NCBI RefSeq assembly: GCF_016432865.1 | Contig: NC_067402.1 | Location: forward strand, 292,888,001-292,952,000 | DNA: 64,000 bases | DNA from: Antechinus flavipes | Lineage: Eukaryota | Direction: 5' to 3' | Shown here: piece by piece, positions 1 through 10,034 of the stretch | How the letters are laid out: the number at the start of each line of letters is the position of its first letter | Numbering within the stretch: position 1 is the first letter of the stretch | The notes under the pieces: generated by a model | The model's input: the letters and a program-made list of their open reading frames with translations, nothing else | What the model was told of the DNA's origin: nothing | The model's database searches: none | Made by a program: the position numbers and the translations under genes

Positions 1-1898
1 CTGCTCCCATGCTAACCCAGGCTGGGTCTCCCCATCCCCAGAGGCTCCCCGGGACTCTATGGCAAAACGCACAGCACCAACTCCCCTTTTAAACCTGCTG
101 GGCTGCGCCCGCCTGCGGCGGCCACACCAGCCCGAGCTGCTGCCTCACTGCGCCCAGACCCTCGCCCCCCGTCCTGCAGTCCAAGCAAGACCACCGCCAC
201 GGGCAAAGGCTTCAGGAGACGCAGCTTTAGGGACGATTCTCCCAGACCCCAAGAAGGGGAACTCGTGGCCACTCCCCCCCTTGGTCCTCAGACCTTCCTC
301 GCGAAGATGGGAAGACGGAGCGGAAGCCATCCTGGCCATGGGGCCAGCTTCCAAGCCAGCTCTCATACCGGCCTAGAGAAGCCCACTTCCCTAGACCTCC
401 ATGCCCTCATCTGTAAAATGGGTTCCTCAGAGGTGCAGGCCAGAGCCCGGCAGCCTCAGTTTCCCTTCTCCCCTTGTGCTCTCTAGCCTGGCCTGTCCCT
501 TTGGCAGCCTGCCATCCACCCCCGGGCAGAAAGCAGCAGGGCCGGGGCCGCTGCTCGGGTGCTGGCTTCCCACCCTGCCCCCGGTTCCCTCTGCCAGGGG
601 AGGAGGCTGGGCTCCATGAGCTCCCCCTCTGAAAGGCCTTTCCCAAGAAGCAACCCAGGCCCCCGCTGGCTCTGGCCCGCCAGCCTCCCCCGGATAATCC
701 GGCACGGGGTGCCCACGGGGGTCCGAGGTTGGGGCTCCTTCTGGGTCTTTCAACTCTAACGGGGCTGCCCCCACGGCCTGGCCCAGAACCCGGGGCATCG
801 GTCCGTGTCAGGGAAGGCACCGAGCCCGTGTGCCCGAGGCCAGACCCAGACCTTGGTTCTCCAGGCCTGTTCAGAGTCTGCTGCTGGAATGGGGGGGTTG
901 GGGAGAGAACAGGGTGGTCCCGGAGGGCTCCTCTGACTCCGGGGCCCGTCCCCCGTGGCCAGGCGTCCCCCAGAGACGGCCAAGGGGAGGAGGAGCACAC
1001 CGAGCGGCCGGGGGCACCCCCAGAACTCAGGCCTTGGCCAGCGCCACCTCAGCACGCCGCAGCCTCCAGCCCGGGAGGGGGCCTCGTGTCCAGGGCGCAC
1101 TTATTAAGTGTCTAGTGTATGCCGGGCGCTGGGGTCAACCTTGGGGCACGTGGAAAGGCCCGGAGAGGTTCAGCGCGGGGAAACGGAGGAGATCAGCAGG
1201 GGGGAGGCCAAGGAGCAGCATTTAGGGGGTGCCTGCTGCATGCTGGCCACCACCCTCCTCCTCGCGGCTGACCTGCCCGCTCCCCCCGCCAGGCAGGGTC
1301 CGAGGCCTCTCCTTTCCGGCTGCTGGGGGCTCTCCGGGCTCCTACCTGGGTCGGGGGCTTCTCGTCCGGACCCTCAGCAGCGAGCCGGGTTCTGGGGTGA
1401 GGGCAGCAGGAGGGGCTGACCTGCAGGGCGCGGGAGGGAACGAGGAAGTGAGGGGAGAGGGGAGAAGGGACTGGGGGAGGATGAGAAGGAGAAGGAAGTG
1501 GGGGAGGGGGGAGGAGGAGCGGAAGGGGGAGGAGGAAAGGGGGAACTAAGTGGGGGGGAAGGGGGAGGAGCTGGGGGGAGGGGAGGCCGGGTCTCGGCCT
1601 GGTCTCGGCCCGGCCCGGGGGGACAGGGGGAAACCCTCTCCGGCGGGACGCGACCCGGAGCACGGCACGTGGGGGGTTTGTGGTAGAGGGGCCGCCCCAA
1701 CTCGCCCCCTCCCCCACGAGGCTCCAGGGAGCTCCCCCAGCCCTAGCGAGAAAGCCGCAAGGAAGGCTGGCCGTCCGGCCCCGAGAGCTTCTAAGAGACA
1801 GCACCCCCGCGCGCTGCTCGGACAGCACCTGCACCTGCACCGCCCCCTCCCCCGAGACTCGGACCCGGTCGGGCTCCGCCACCCGGCAGCTCCCTCAC

Positions 1899-2030
1899 CT
1901 CGGTCGCTCGCTAGCTTGCTCGCTCCTGTCCGTCGCACGGGAGGGAGCAGGGGGGAGCGCGGGACCGCAGGGCACGCTGGGAAGAGGAGTCCCGGCCTCC
2001 TGTCCTTCCCCCCGCGGCCGCCCTGGACCT
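1899..2030 (-). other. Putative non-coding first exon of a leftward gene (TRABD expected from human synteny, no coding sequence in window)
   Basis: Minus-strand donor GAG|GTGAGG at 1899/1898 in the CpG island. In human, TRABD follows PANX2 in the same orientation and has a non-coding first exon. 5' end approximate; identity is inference only. Confidence 0.45.
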
Positions 2031-2037
2031 CGGAGAG

Positions 2038-2055
2038 GGGACTACAACTCCCAGG
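2038..2055 (+). promoter_or_regulatory. ZNF143/THAP11 (SBS, ACTACAnnTCCCA) motif
   Basis: GGGACTACAACTCCCAGG matches the ACTACAnnTCCCAG consensus, a motif known to be enriched at bidirectional promoters. Confidence 0.75.
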
Positions 2056-2099
2056 GGGTAGCGCGCCACCCGGTGCCTGAGAGCATGCGTGTCGACGCC

Positions 2100-2288
2100 G
2101 TCCGGCCTCGCGAAGGGGCGGGGTTCGGCGGCAGAGGGAAGGGGAAGGAAAGGGGAGGAGAGGAGAGGGAGGGTGAGGGGGAAGGGAAAGAGGAGGAGGA
2201 AGGGGAGGAGGAGGAGGAGGGAAAGTAAAGCCGGGGAGTTTGGGGAGGAGGAGCTCCTGGAGGCAGTCTGGAGGAGGGCGGGGATAGG
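2100..2288 (+). other. Putative non-coding + strand first exon (candidate 5' UTR exon of the tetraspanin gene)
   Basis: Donor AGG|GTAAGC at 2288/2289; no ATG in 2090-2288; start approximate. Confidence 0.4.
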
Positions 2289-2817
2289 GTAAGCCCCTCC
2301 TCCACGCCGGCCCCCTACGAGCGCAGTTCGGAATCCTTTTTGCAACAGTTGAGGCAGGTCAAAAGGGACGAGACTTGCTCAGGGTCCTGCAGCCAGTAAC
2401 AGTCTCCGCCCCCAGAGCGCTCCCTCCTCCGCCCCTCGCTGCTCTTTCCGCGCCGCCAGGTGGCCCGCGGCCCCCCACTCTGCTGGGGCCCCTCACCCCC
2501 TCCGCTGCCGAAACGGCGGCTCCTGCAGCGCCCCCAGGCGGGGGCCTTAGGGACCCCCACGGGAGGGGGAGGGGAGGACCCGCTGGGGAAGGGCAGGAAC
2601 GTGGCAGCAAAGGGCCGGGGTCCTGCTCCGCGTGCTGCCGGCCGCTGCCCCGGCGCTGCAAGGGGACCGGCCGAGGGAAGATCGGCTCTCTCCCATTGGC
2701 GCACGGGGCAGCCTGAGGCTCAGGAGAGCAGCAGCGTCTAACCGTGGGGGCGGCCGGAGGAGCCGGCGTGGGGGGCGGCCCGAGCAGCCTGGGAGACCTC
2801 CCCGCTTAGGGCCTCCA

Positions 2818-2975
2818 CTCCCCGGCAGGGGCTCCCGGCCTCCAGTCCTGCAGGAGTTAGGGATGCTCCTGGGGGAGTCTCCCCCTCCCCCCTCCCCGGC
2901 AGGGGCTCCCAGCCTCCAGTCCTAGAGGAGTTAGGGATGCTCCGAGGGGGAGTCTCCCCCTCCCCACTCCCCGGG
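2818..2975. repeat. ~74-bp tandem duplication (about 2.1 copies)
   Basis: CTCCCCGGCAGGGGCTCCC(G/A)GCCTCCAGTCCT..GGAGTTAGGGATGCTCC..GGGGGAGTCTCCCCCTCCCC starts at 2818 and 2892, partial at 2967. Confidence 0.9.
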
Positions 2976-3164
2976 TTCCGACACAGGCGCCCCTCCCAGA
3001 CAAGGCTCCGGATCCTCTCAGGAATCATGGCCCGGGCAGCCAAGGAAGCAGGGAAAGTGAGAGATGGGGGCGGGGACAGACAGTGAAGAAGCGGGGATCA
3101 GGGGCAGGCACAGAATATAAAGTCCACCAGCAGCTGCTCCAGAACCGGGGTCAAACTCCCCAAG

Positions 3165-3525
3165 CCTGGGTTGGTCATTTTTGGGGGAACCCTTGGGGAG
3201 TAGGGAGGGTCCCTGCGCTGGTCACTTTGGGGAATAGGGAGGGACCCTGGGCTGGTCACTTTGGGGAATAGGGAGGGACCCTGGCCTGGTCACTTTGGGG
3301 AGCCCTTGGGGAATAGGGAGGGACCCTGGGCTGGTCACTTTGGGGAGTAGGGAGGGTCCCTGCGCTGGTCACTTTGGGGAGCCCTTGGAGAGTAGGGAGG
3401 GACCCTGGGCTGGTCACTTTGGGGAGTAGGAGGGACCCTGCGCTGGTCATTTTGGGGAGTAGGAGGGACCCTGTGCTGGTCACTTTGGGGAGTAGGGAGG
3501 GACCCTGGGCTGGTCACTTTGGGGG
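3165..3525 (+). repeat. 34-bp G-rich minisatellite, 10 copies
   Basis: Unit CTGGGCTGGTCACTTTGGGGAGTAGGGAGGGACC; core (C/T)TGGTCA at 3171, 3218, 3252, 3286, 3331, 3365, 3410, 3443, 3476, 3510 (periods 33-34, or 45-47 with an AGCCCTTGG-type insert). Confidence 0.95.
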
Positions 3526-3984
3526 TCCTCTGGGGGGCAGTGAGGAATGCTACCTCTCTGGCACAGTTCTCTCACATTTGGGAAGTCTCTCCCCCGCAGC
3601 CTAGAGCTCCTGACATGCTTCTTCCCCCATTTCCTTCATTCTCTCCCCCCCTCCCCCGAATCCTGCAGAACAAGCTGAGCCTCTTTCTGGCCTCCGGAGG
3701 TGAGGAGGGCCGGAAGGTGGGGGGAGGTGGGGGAGGACGGAAGGAGCTGGATCGGGACTGGCTCTCCCTCGGCCCAGGGCCCCACCTCTGGCCAGCCCCC
3801 AGCCCAGCCCCTCCACTTGCCTGCATTTATCCCTTGCTGCCCATGACAGGCCCTGCCTGCCCCGGGACTGGTAGAAGGAAGACAGGGCCAGTGGCCAGGG
3901 GGCCCCTGAGAGTGGGGGACGGCGTGGGGGCTGGGACACCGAGGGTCCCGAGGTTTGGGGGGGGGGCTTGTGAGCCCGGGGACC

Positions 3985-4761
3985 ATGGCGCTCTTGAAGC
4001 TCTCCGTGCTGGCATTCAGCTTCGTGTTCGGGGCGGCCGGCCTAACGATGCTGACCCTCGGGCTGTGGGCCGAGATGGCTCTGGGAAGGTACCTGGTCCT
4101 GTCCGCCCGAGGGGCCCCCAGCGCCCCCTCCCTCCTGCTCGCCGCGGGGGCCGCCGGGCTGCTCTGGGGGGGTCTGGCTGGCGGCGGGGCGGCCAGCGGG
4201 CACCGGGGCCTGCTCCGGGCATCTGCAGCCATCCAGCTGACCGCCCTGGGAGCCGGCCTGGCTGCCGGCCTCTCGGGACTGTGCTACCGGAGCGAGCTGG
4301 CCCAGGGCTTCCGGGCAGGCCTGTGGCAGGCGCTGTGGGGCTACGGGGCCGGAGGGAGGGGAGATGCCAGCTTGGACGCCCTGCAGCGGGGCCTGGGCTG
4401 CTGCGGGGTGGACACTTATCGCGACTGGCTGGACTCCCCCTGGGCCCGAAGCCCCCGGGCCCCGGGGAATGGCTCTCTGCCCCCCAGCTGCTGCCAAGGC
4501 CAGGCTGACTGCCAGGAGGGGGCCAGGGCCGTGGCTTCCGATGGCTGCTTCTCCAAAGCCAGCGACTTTGTGGCCGACAACATGGACTTCATCGTGGTGG
4601 CGGCGCTGGGCCTGGGGGCCCTGCAGGTGGTAGGAGTCGTGCTGGCCTGCCTCCTGGCTGCCCGAATGGCCCCTGGCACCCAGGCCTCTGTGGAGACCCC
4701 AAAGAGACGGTCCCTGAAGACCCCGATCCCCGACGTCCCCGCTGCCCCCCTGGAGCCCTGA
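3985..4761 (+). CDS. Intronless tetraspanin, TSPAN6/TSPAN7-like (258 aa), probable retrogene
   Basis: Strong Kozak GACCATGG at 3985; four hydrophobic segments; large loop with CCG (4399-4407), YRDW, PPSCC, C and GC (six-Cys type); colinear by eye with TSPAN7/TSPAN6 (SFVF..G...L.LGLW...LG.Y, QR.L.CCGV..Y.DW, GCF.K, NM, LQ..G..LAC.L); no introns, stops or frameshifts. Confidence 0.88.
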   Translation: MALLKLSVLAFSFVFGAAGLTMLTLGLWAEMALGRYLVLSARGAPSAPSLLLAAGAAGLLWGGLAGGGAASGHRGLLRASAAIQLTALGAGLAAGLSGLCYRSELAQGFRAGLWQALWGYGAGGRGDASLDALQRGLGCCGVDTYRDWLDSPWARSPRAPGNGSLPPSCCQGQADCQEGARAVASDGCFSKASDFVADNMDFIVVAALGLGALQVVGVVLACLLAARMAPGTQASVETPKRRSLKTPIPDVPAAPLEP

Positions 4762-7289
4762 GCCCCCGCCCCCACCCCCATTCCCCCCTCTCTCCAGGCT
4801 GGGCCCCGTCTCCTCATCTCACCCAGGAAATAGCCCTCACAGCCTCGCCCCTGAGCCCAGCAGGTGCTTCTTCGGCCCCCCAAAGAACTGTTCCTTTCCC
4901 CCCCTGCCCCTGAGGGACAACAGCTGGGGATCCTAGTGAGCCGGGCCTGGACCCTGGGACCCTGGAGACGGCTGCCCCAGATCTGGCTCTGGATGAGTGG
5001 CTGGGGGTGAGGAAGGTCTGGATTGTGGCAGGGGAGGCCAGAGCTGGGGGCAAGGACCCCCCTGGGGCCCTGAGAGTCCATAGCGACGGCAGGTTGTTGG
5101 GGAGAGCAGCACCGGGGCCTGGAGAGAGCCGCAGGCAGGGCTGCAAAAGCCTCCAAGGCCCAGCTTTGCAGGACGCCCGGGGGGGGGGGGAGTTTTGTGC
5201 CCTTCCTCTTTGCTGGTTCTGTCACCTCCCCCTCCTCCCAGGCCTGTATTTATGGGCCAGCCTAGAGCGCGGGGCCCTAAGCTGTGTGTCCATGAGGCTT
5301 CCAAACTCAGGGGTCACCATTGCCCTCCCACCGCCAAAGCCGGGGGGCCCCAGCAGGGAGCTCTGACCTCGGCTCCTTCGGCTGTGGGGCGGGCGTGAGA
5401 GTCCTCCAGTGACCCTCCCTGCTCCACAGGGCCCCGATCCCTGCAGATGCTCGAGAGAAAACCCAGGATCCTCCAGTCGGTGACTCAGGAATGGCCCTGG
5501 ACTCCTGGCCAGAGACACTGAAGGACGCTTTCTGTCATGTCTCAGATGAACGGGCCGCCATGGACCCCTCGCCCGGCCCTTCTCCTCTGGTTCTCCCCCT
5601 TTATGCCCTGTTCCCCCAGCAGCCCTGGTGCCCGGCACAGGGGGCAGGGAAGGGGCTGCCAAGCGGCATCTGGCTGTGTTCCCTATTCTCATCAACCACA
5701 GGTTTCTAGCTCTTGATTTTATAGGATTCGACCTTGGAGCTGGAAAGACTCAGGGCTCTTAAAGGCATCTCTGTACCTCATTACATAGATGGGGAAACTG
5801 AGGATCCAAGGGGGCAAGGGTCTTGTGTAACATCAGGGATGAAGTCACAGCTCAGAGCCAAGGATATTTAGAAGTCATGGGGGCCGGAGAGATGGAGTCC
5901 TGCCATGTGCCCATTCTGTGGATGAAAAAGCAAGGTGGAGAGGGTGCAAGTAACTTGTCCACTAGTGTCAGGACTGGGTCTGGAGCTAAGTCTTTGGGCT
6001 TGAAGCCCTCCTTCCACTTCCTGTTTTAGTCATCAGCCAGTTGGGATGTCTGCATCTCCAATGATGTAGTAGCAGCGGAGAGACTGAGAATCCCAGCATC
6101 CATCCCTGTCAGGAAATCGCTCCTGGTTCCAGCCCCCCAGGGGACCAAGCGGAATAAGGCTGAGCCCCTTCCCCCAGGCACAGGACCCGGGTTTGAGTGC
6201 CCCCCCCCGTGATTATTTCCTGCTGGGGGGACCCTGAGACAAATGTTTCCTCACGTGCAAAACGGGGATCATACATTTGCAGTCCCTCTCTCAGGAGCTA
6301 GTAAAAGTGTGGCTTAAAGTGCATGAGGGCAGGATGGGAATATTCCCCCAAGTGCCCGCCCTTCAAGGGTTAAAGGCCGAAGGAAGCTTGCCTGCCCCCA
6401 GCCCCAGGACCGTTTTTCTGTGGGTCTGAATCTCTGCCAGGACTATCAGCACTGTTGGCCCAGCTCTGGTGTTTCCAAGGAGGGCAGCTCTCAGCTTGGT
6501 TCTTTATCTGCAATTTGGGGATAATGTTTATAATCTCTATCTTGTTATGACGCTCAATGTTAAGGAAAGTGCTTTTTAAACCTTAAAGCACTCTATTATC
6601 AGCCATGGCAATGATAATGTTATCGCCCTGGATTATCATGGCTTCCGCCCTCAGTTTACCACTGTGCTGGATGGTAATCTCCCTGAAGGCAGGAACCCTG
6701 TTTTTTCTAGGACCTGGGGGGCCCTTCTTATTCAAGACAATCCATTTACCGAGATAGAATGAGAAAAACCGGAACTCCGGTCATCTGGTCCAAGTCATGG
6801 CTCATTCCCATTCTCCTTTGCAGCCTCAGTTGGGACTCCCCAGGGGAGCAGAAGCCAGCGAGGCTCCCTCAAGAACGCCTTTTGGGCAGGGCTAGGAACC
6901 TGGTAGATCCAGGATTCTTAGAATTCAGCAAAGCAAACTGTGTCTGCTGATAGGAAGTACTTGATAAATATATGATAAATTATTAACAAATATAATTAAT
7001 AAATATATGATAAATCCCAGGATCCCGATCGCTTTATTGGAAACTCGTGGAATGGTCACCCTCAAAGACGAACAGTCTCAGGGTGTTTTGGAGGGGTCTC
7101 CAATGGTGGCTCCTCCAATAATTCCTGCTCCTAATCTATTCCTGTCTGGATCAACATTTTTATCAAAGAGTTGGAGAAAACAAATGATAAGGACAAAAGT
7201 TAACATACGCCCGGCATAATCCTAAGAGCTTTGCCAGTATGCTCTTGTTTTAAAGGCATATTTTAAATACTCTCATCCACGATGAAAGT

Positions 7290-7560
7290 TGTCAGATTTA
7301 AATACAATGACAGGAAGTTGGGGCAGCTAATCAACATGGTGGATGAGTTAGCCAGGATCTAGAAGGACTAGAGAGAGTTGAATGATAGGACTGAGCTAAC
7401 ATGGTGAAAATTTAAAATGAAATGTAGTCTCCTGCTTGGGTTAAAGAAATAGTGCATTTTGGACCACACGGAGATATTCTAGAGAGGCTGGTCTGCATAG
7501 TGACCACTGAGGGCCCTCCCCCTAAGGAGGTTCTGATTCTGGAGAGCGCTAACTCGTGGG
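7290..7560 (+). mobile_element. L3/CR1 LINE reverse-transcriptase remnant
   Basis: Degenerate match to the CR1 KLGG..NT....RIQ.DL..LE.W.E.N..KF...KC.VLHLG region (GACAGGAAGTTGGGGCAGCTAATC...CTAGAAGGACTAG). Confidence 0.65.
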
Positions 7561-8269
7561 ACTCCAGATCTGCTCTTCTGCAGCTTCCCCCCGGGCTTGG
7601 ATCTGTCTCCCCCAGGTGCAGGGAAGCCCGAGTTGGGAGAAATGAAGCCCTGCCTGCCTTCACTGTATGTGGGCCCCAGAGTGATGTGGGGCAAAGGCCT
7701 GGCCTAGATGCCCCTGCTGGGCAGGGGCCCAGATGGGAAACGGGGATGGTGGGACGGGGTCATGGCCCAAGTCAGCTATGGCCCAGGGGGTCAGTCTCCC
7801 AGAATTCCCAGAAACCACCTGGTCCACCCAGCGCCTGGACAAAACGAGTCCCGAACATCGCCGGTGTGGCTGGTAAGCCCCTCGCTGAAGAGGTGCCCAC
7901 GGAGATCCCCTCAGCTCTGGAGGTCCCTGGGGGATCGGGGAGCCCCTGGAGACCCCCTTTATGAAGCCATGTCCTTGTTGTCAGCGAGGGGACCAGAGGA
8001 AGGGCAGGGAACCCCCCTGCTCGAGCCCCTCTGCCAGGGCCAGAGTCTCTGCCAGACACGCACTTGGCAGGGCCCGGTCCCCGAGACAGACCCTGCTGAA
8101 GGCGCCCCTGGGATTAGGCTCCTGAAGGAGACCATTGTGAGAGGAGGAGGAAGGAAGAAGATTAGCTCCTTCTCATTATATAAAATCTCAGGATTGTGAG
8201 CCGCCCTGGCCTGCCCATCAGCTGGACAGCACAGCCCGAAGCACAAAAAGGGAAGGGATCCTGATCACC

Positions 8270-8350
8270 CAGGGGCCTGGAACCCCTCCTCCACCCAGGG
8301 GCCCGGAACCCCTCCTCCATCCAGGGGCCCGGAACCCCTCCTCCACCAGG
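8270..8350. repeat. 26-bp tandem repeat x3
   Basis: CAGGGGCC(T/C)GGAACCCCTCCTCCA(C/T)C at 8270, 8296, 8322. Confidence 0.95.
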
Positions 8351-8454
8351 CTCCATTCGGGCCCCACACTGAGCCAGAGCCAGCCGCCCACTGAGAGACT
8401 CAGGGCAGAGGGAGAGGGAGGCCGGAGGGGGAGCCCAAGAGTCAGGAAGGGGGA

Positions 8455-8810
8455 GACGGAGGGGCTTCCTCCTGGGTGGCCAGAGGGAGAGCTGAAGGGG
8501 TCAGGGAAGAGAGAGAGGGAGGGGCTCCCTCCTGAAAGGTGGAGCTGAGGGGTCAGGGGGAGAGGGAGGGGCTCCCTCCTGCAAAGGGTACTAAAGGGTT
8601 AGAGAAGAGGAGAGGGAGGGGCTCCCTCCTGAAAGGGGGAGCTGAGGGGTCAGGGGGAGAGGGAGGGGCTCCCTCCTGCAAGGGGTACTAAAGGGTTAGA
8701 GAAGGGGAGAGGGAGGGGCTCCCTCTGCAAGGGGGAGCTGAGGGGTCAGGGAAGGGGGAGAGGGAAGGGGTCCCTCCTGGGAGGGGGTGCTGAGGGGTCA
8801 GGGAAGAGTT
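8455..8810. repeat. Purine-rich minisatellite with alternating 47/50-bp units (97-bp dimer)
   Basis: GGGG(C)TCCCTC anchor at 8461, 8521, 8568, 8618, 8665, 8715, 8767; 8521-8617 and 8618-8714 are near-identical 97-mers. Confidence 0.9.
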
Positions 8811-10034
8811 AAGGACCGGAGCCTTATCCAGTCCCTGAGAAGAAGGGAGGGAGGGTCCTTCCAGTTGCCGACTTGAGCAGGCGCTCAACCCGTCAGGTGC
8901 TGGGCAGGGGAGGTGGTGACACGGAAAGTGACAGACACAACGCAGACTGATTTCGGGGCCTGTGCCCGAGGTGGGGCAGCGGCCCGCTCTGTTCCCCGGC
9001 TGAAGGGCCCGGGCCCCGGTTCCCTCCCCTGCTTCCAAAAGGGACCCCAGGCCTATTTTGTTCAGCCCAGGAGGCTGGGAAGAGAAGGGGCCCCGTCTGA
9101 GACCAGAGGCCGGGGGAGCTGAGCCGCCTGGCCCCTGGAGGCTCCTGGGGCACCGAGGAGGAGCGCACCCCGAGTTTTCAGCGTTTCAGTCAGTTGCTCA
9201 TCGTCTGCAGAGCATTTTTTCTGTGGAAAATTCCCATCTCCCAGCGCCGTGCTGACGGCCTCCCGCCGGGTGGCCCTGACTTACCTTTCCATCCGGTGCC
9301 CCCCCAAGCCGTGTTCCAGCGGAACCAGAAGGCACAGCCTCGGGGCGAGCACCGTGGGCCATCCCTCCTGCCCAGAGTGCCCCGTGCCCGCCTCTGCCAG
9401 GCACCCCAGGACTGCCCCTTTGCTCTGGCCAGTCCGCAGGCCGGCTCAGCTCCCCGTCTGCCTCCTCCCAAAGGGGTCTGCCTCCTCCCGCCGTCTCCCC
9501 TTCTGGACTGGGGGGTCCTGGGAGAGGGCCAAGGCTGGCACCGATCAGCGGGCACACTGGCGACCCTGGAAAGCGGGGCTTTGGCGGCGGCGGCTCTTCC
9601 TCTGTTTCCCTCATTATAAGGCTGGATTTGATATTTTTTAAGATTGTTTCTAGCTTCCAGTCTATAGATGTCACACAGCTACTGAGGGGGCCTGACTCCC
9701 TGCAGCCCTCCTGCAGTACCCCAGACCGGGTCCCTGCCAGATCCCCGCCTTGCCTTCTCTTCCTCACGATTGCTTGTTGATTGACTCATCCCTCCAGACC
9801 AGTTCAGACCCTCCCCCGCCATGTCCAGGAATCTCTCCTCCCTCCCTTGTCTCCTTCCTTCCCACCCTCCCCAGCCCCGAAGCTTCTAACTAATCCCCCT
9901 TCTTGGGCGCCCATCGCCTCAAGTGAAGAGAGGAAGGGGACCGGCGTGGGCAAACCTGGAGGGCTTCCCGGCCGGGCGGACCCACCTTGGCCCATCCTTG
10001 TATCCCGGGGCGGGGCGGCCGAGGACACGAGGTG

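Larger units (their letters stand above)
1500..2800. promoter_or_regulatory. CpG island / probable bidirectional promoter
   Basis: Very high GC and CpG density, GC boxes, ZNF143/THAP11 motif at 2038-2055, partial NRF1-like GCATGCG at ~2083, and oppositely oriented splice donors on each side (minus at 1899/1898, plus at 2288/2289). Confidence 0.8.

Noticed and set aside
3165-3525. Regular ~34-bp repeats as a CRISPR array
   Set aside because: Head-to-tail units without unique spacers, no cas genes, mammalian DNA.
3519-4508. 329-aa ORF overlapping the tetraspanin in another frame
   Set aside because: GC-driven open frame with no recognisable motif; its only ATGs lie in predicted introns.
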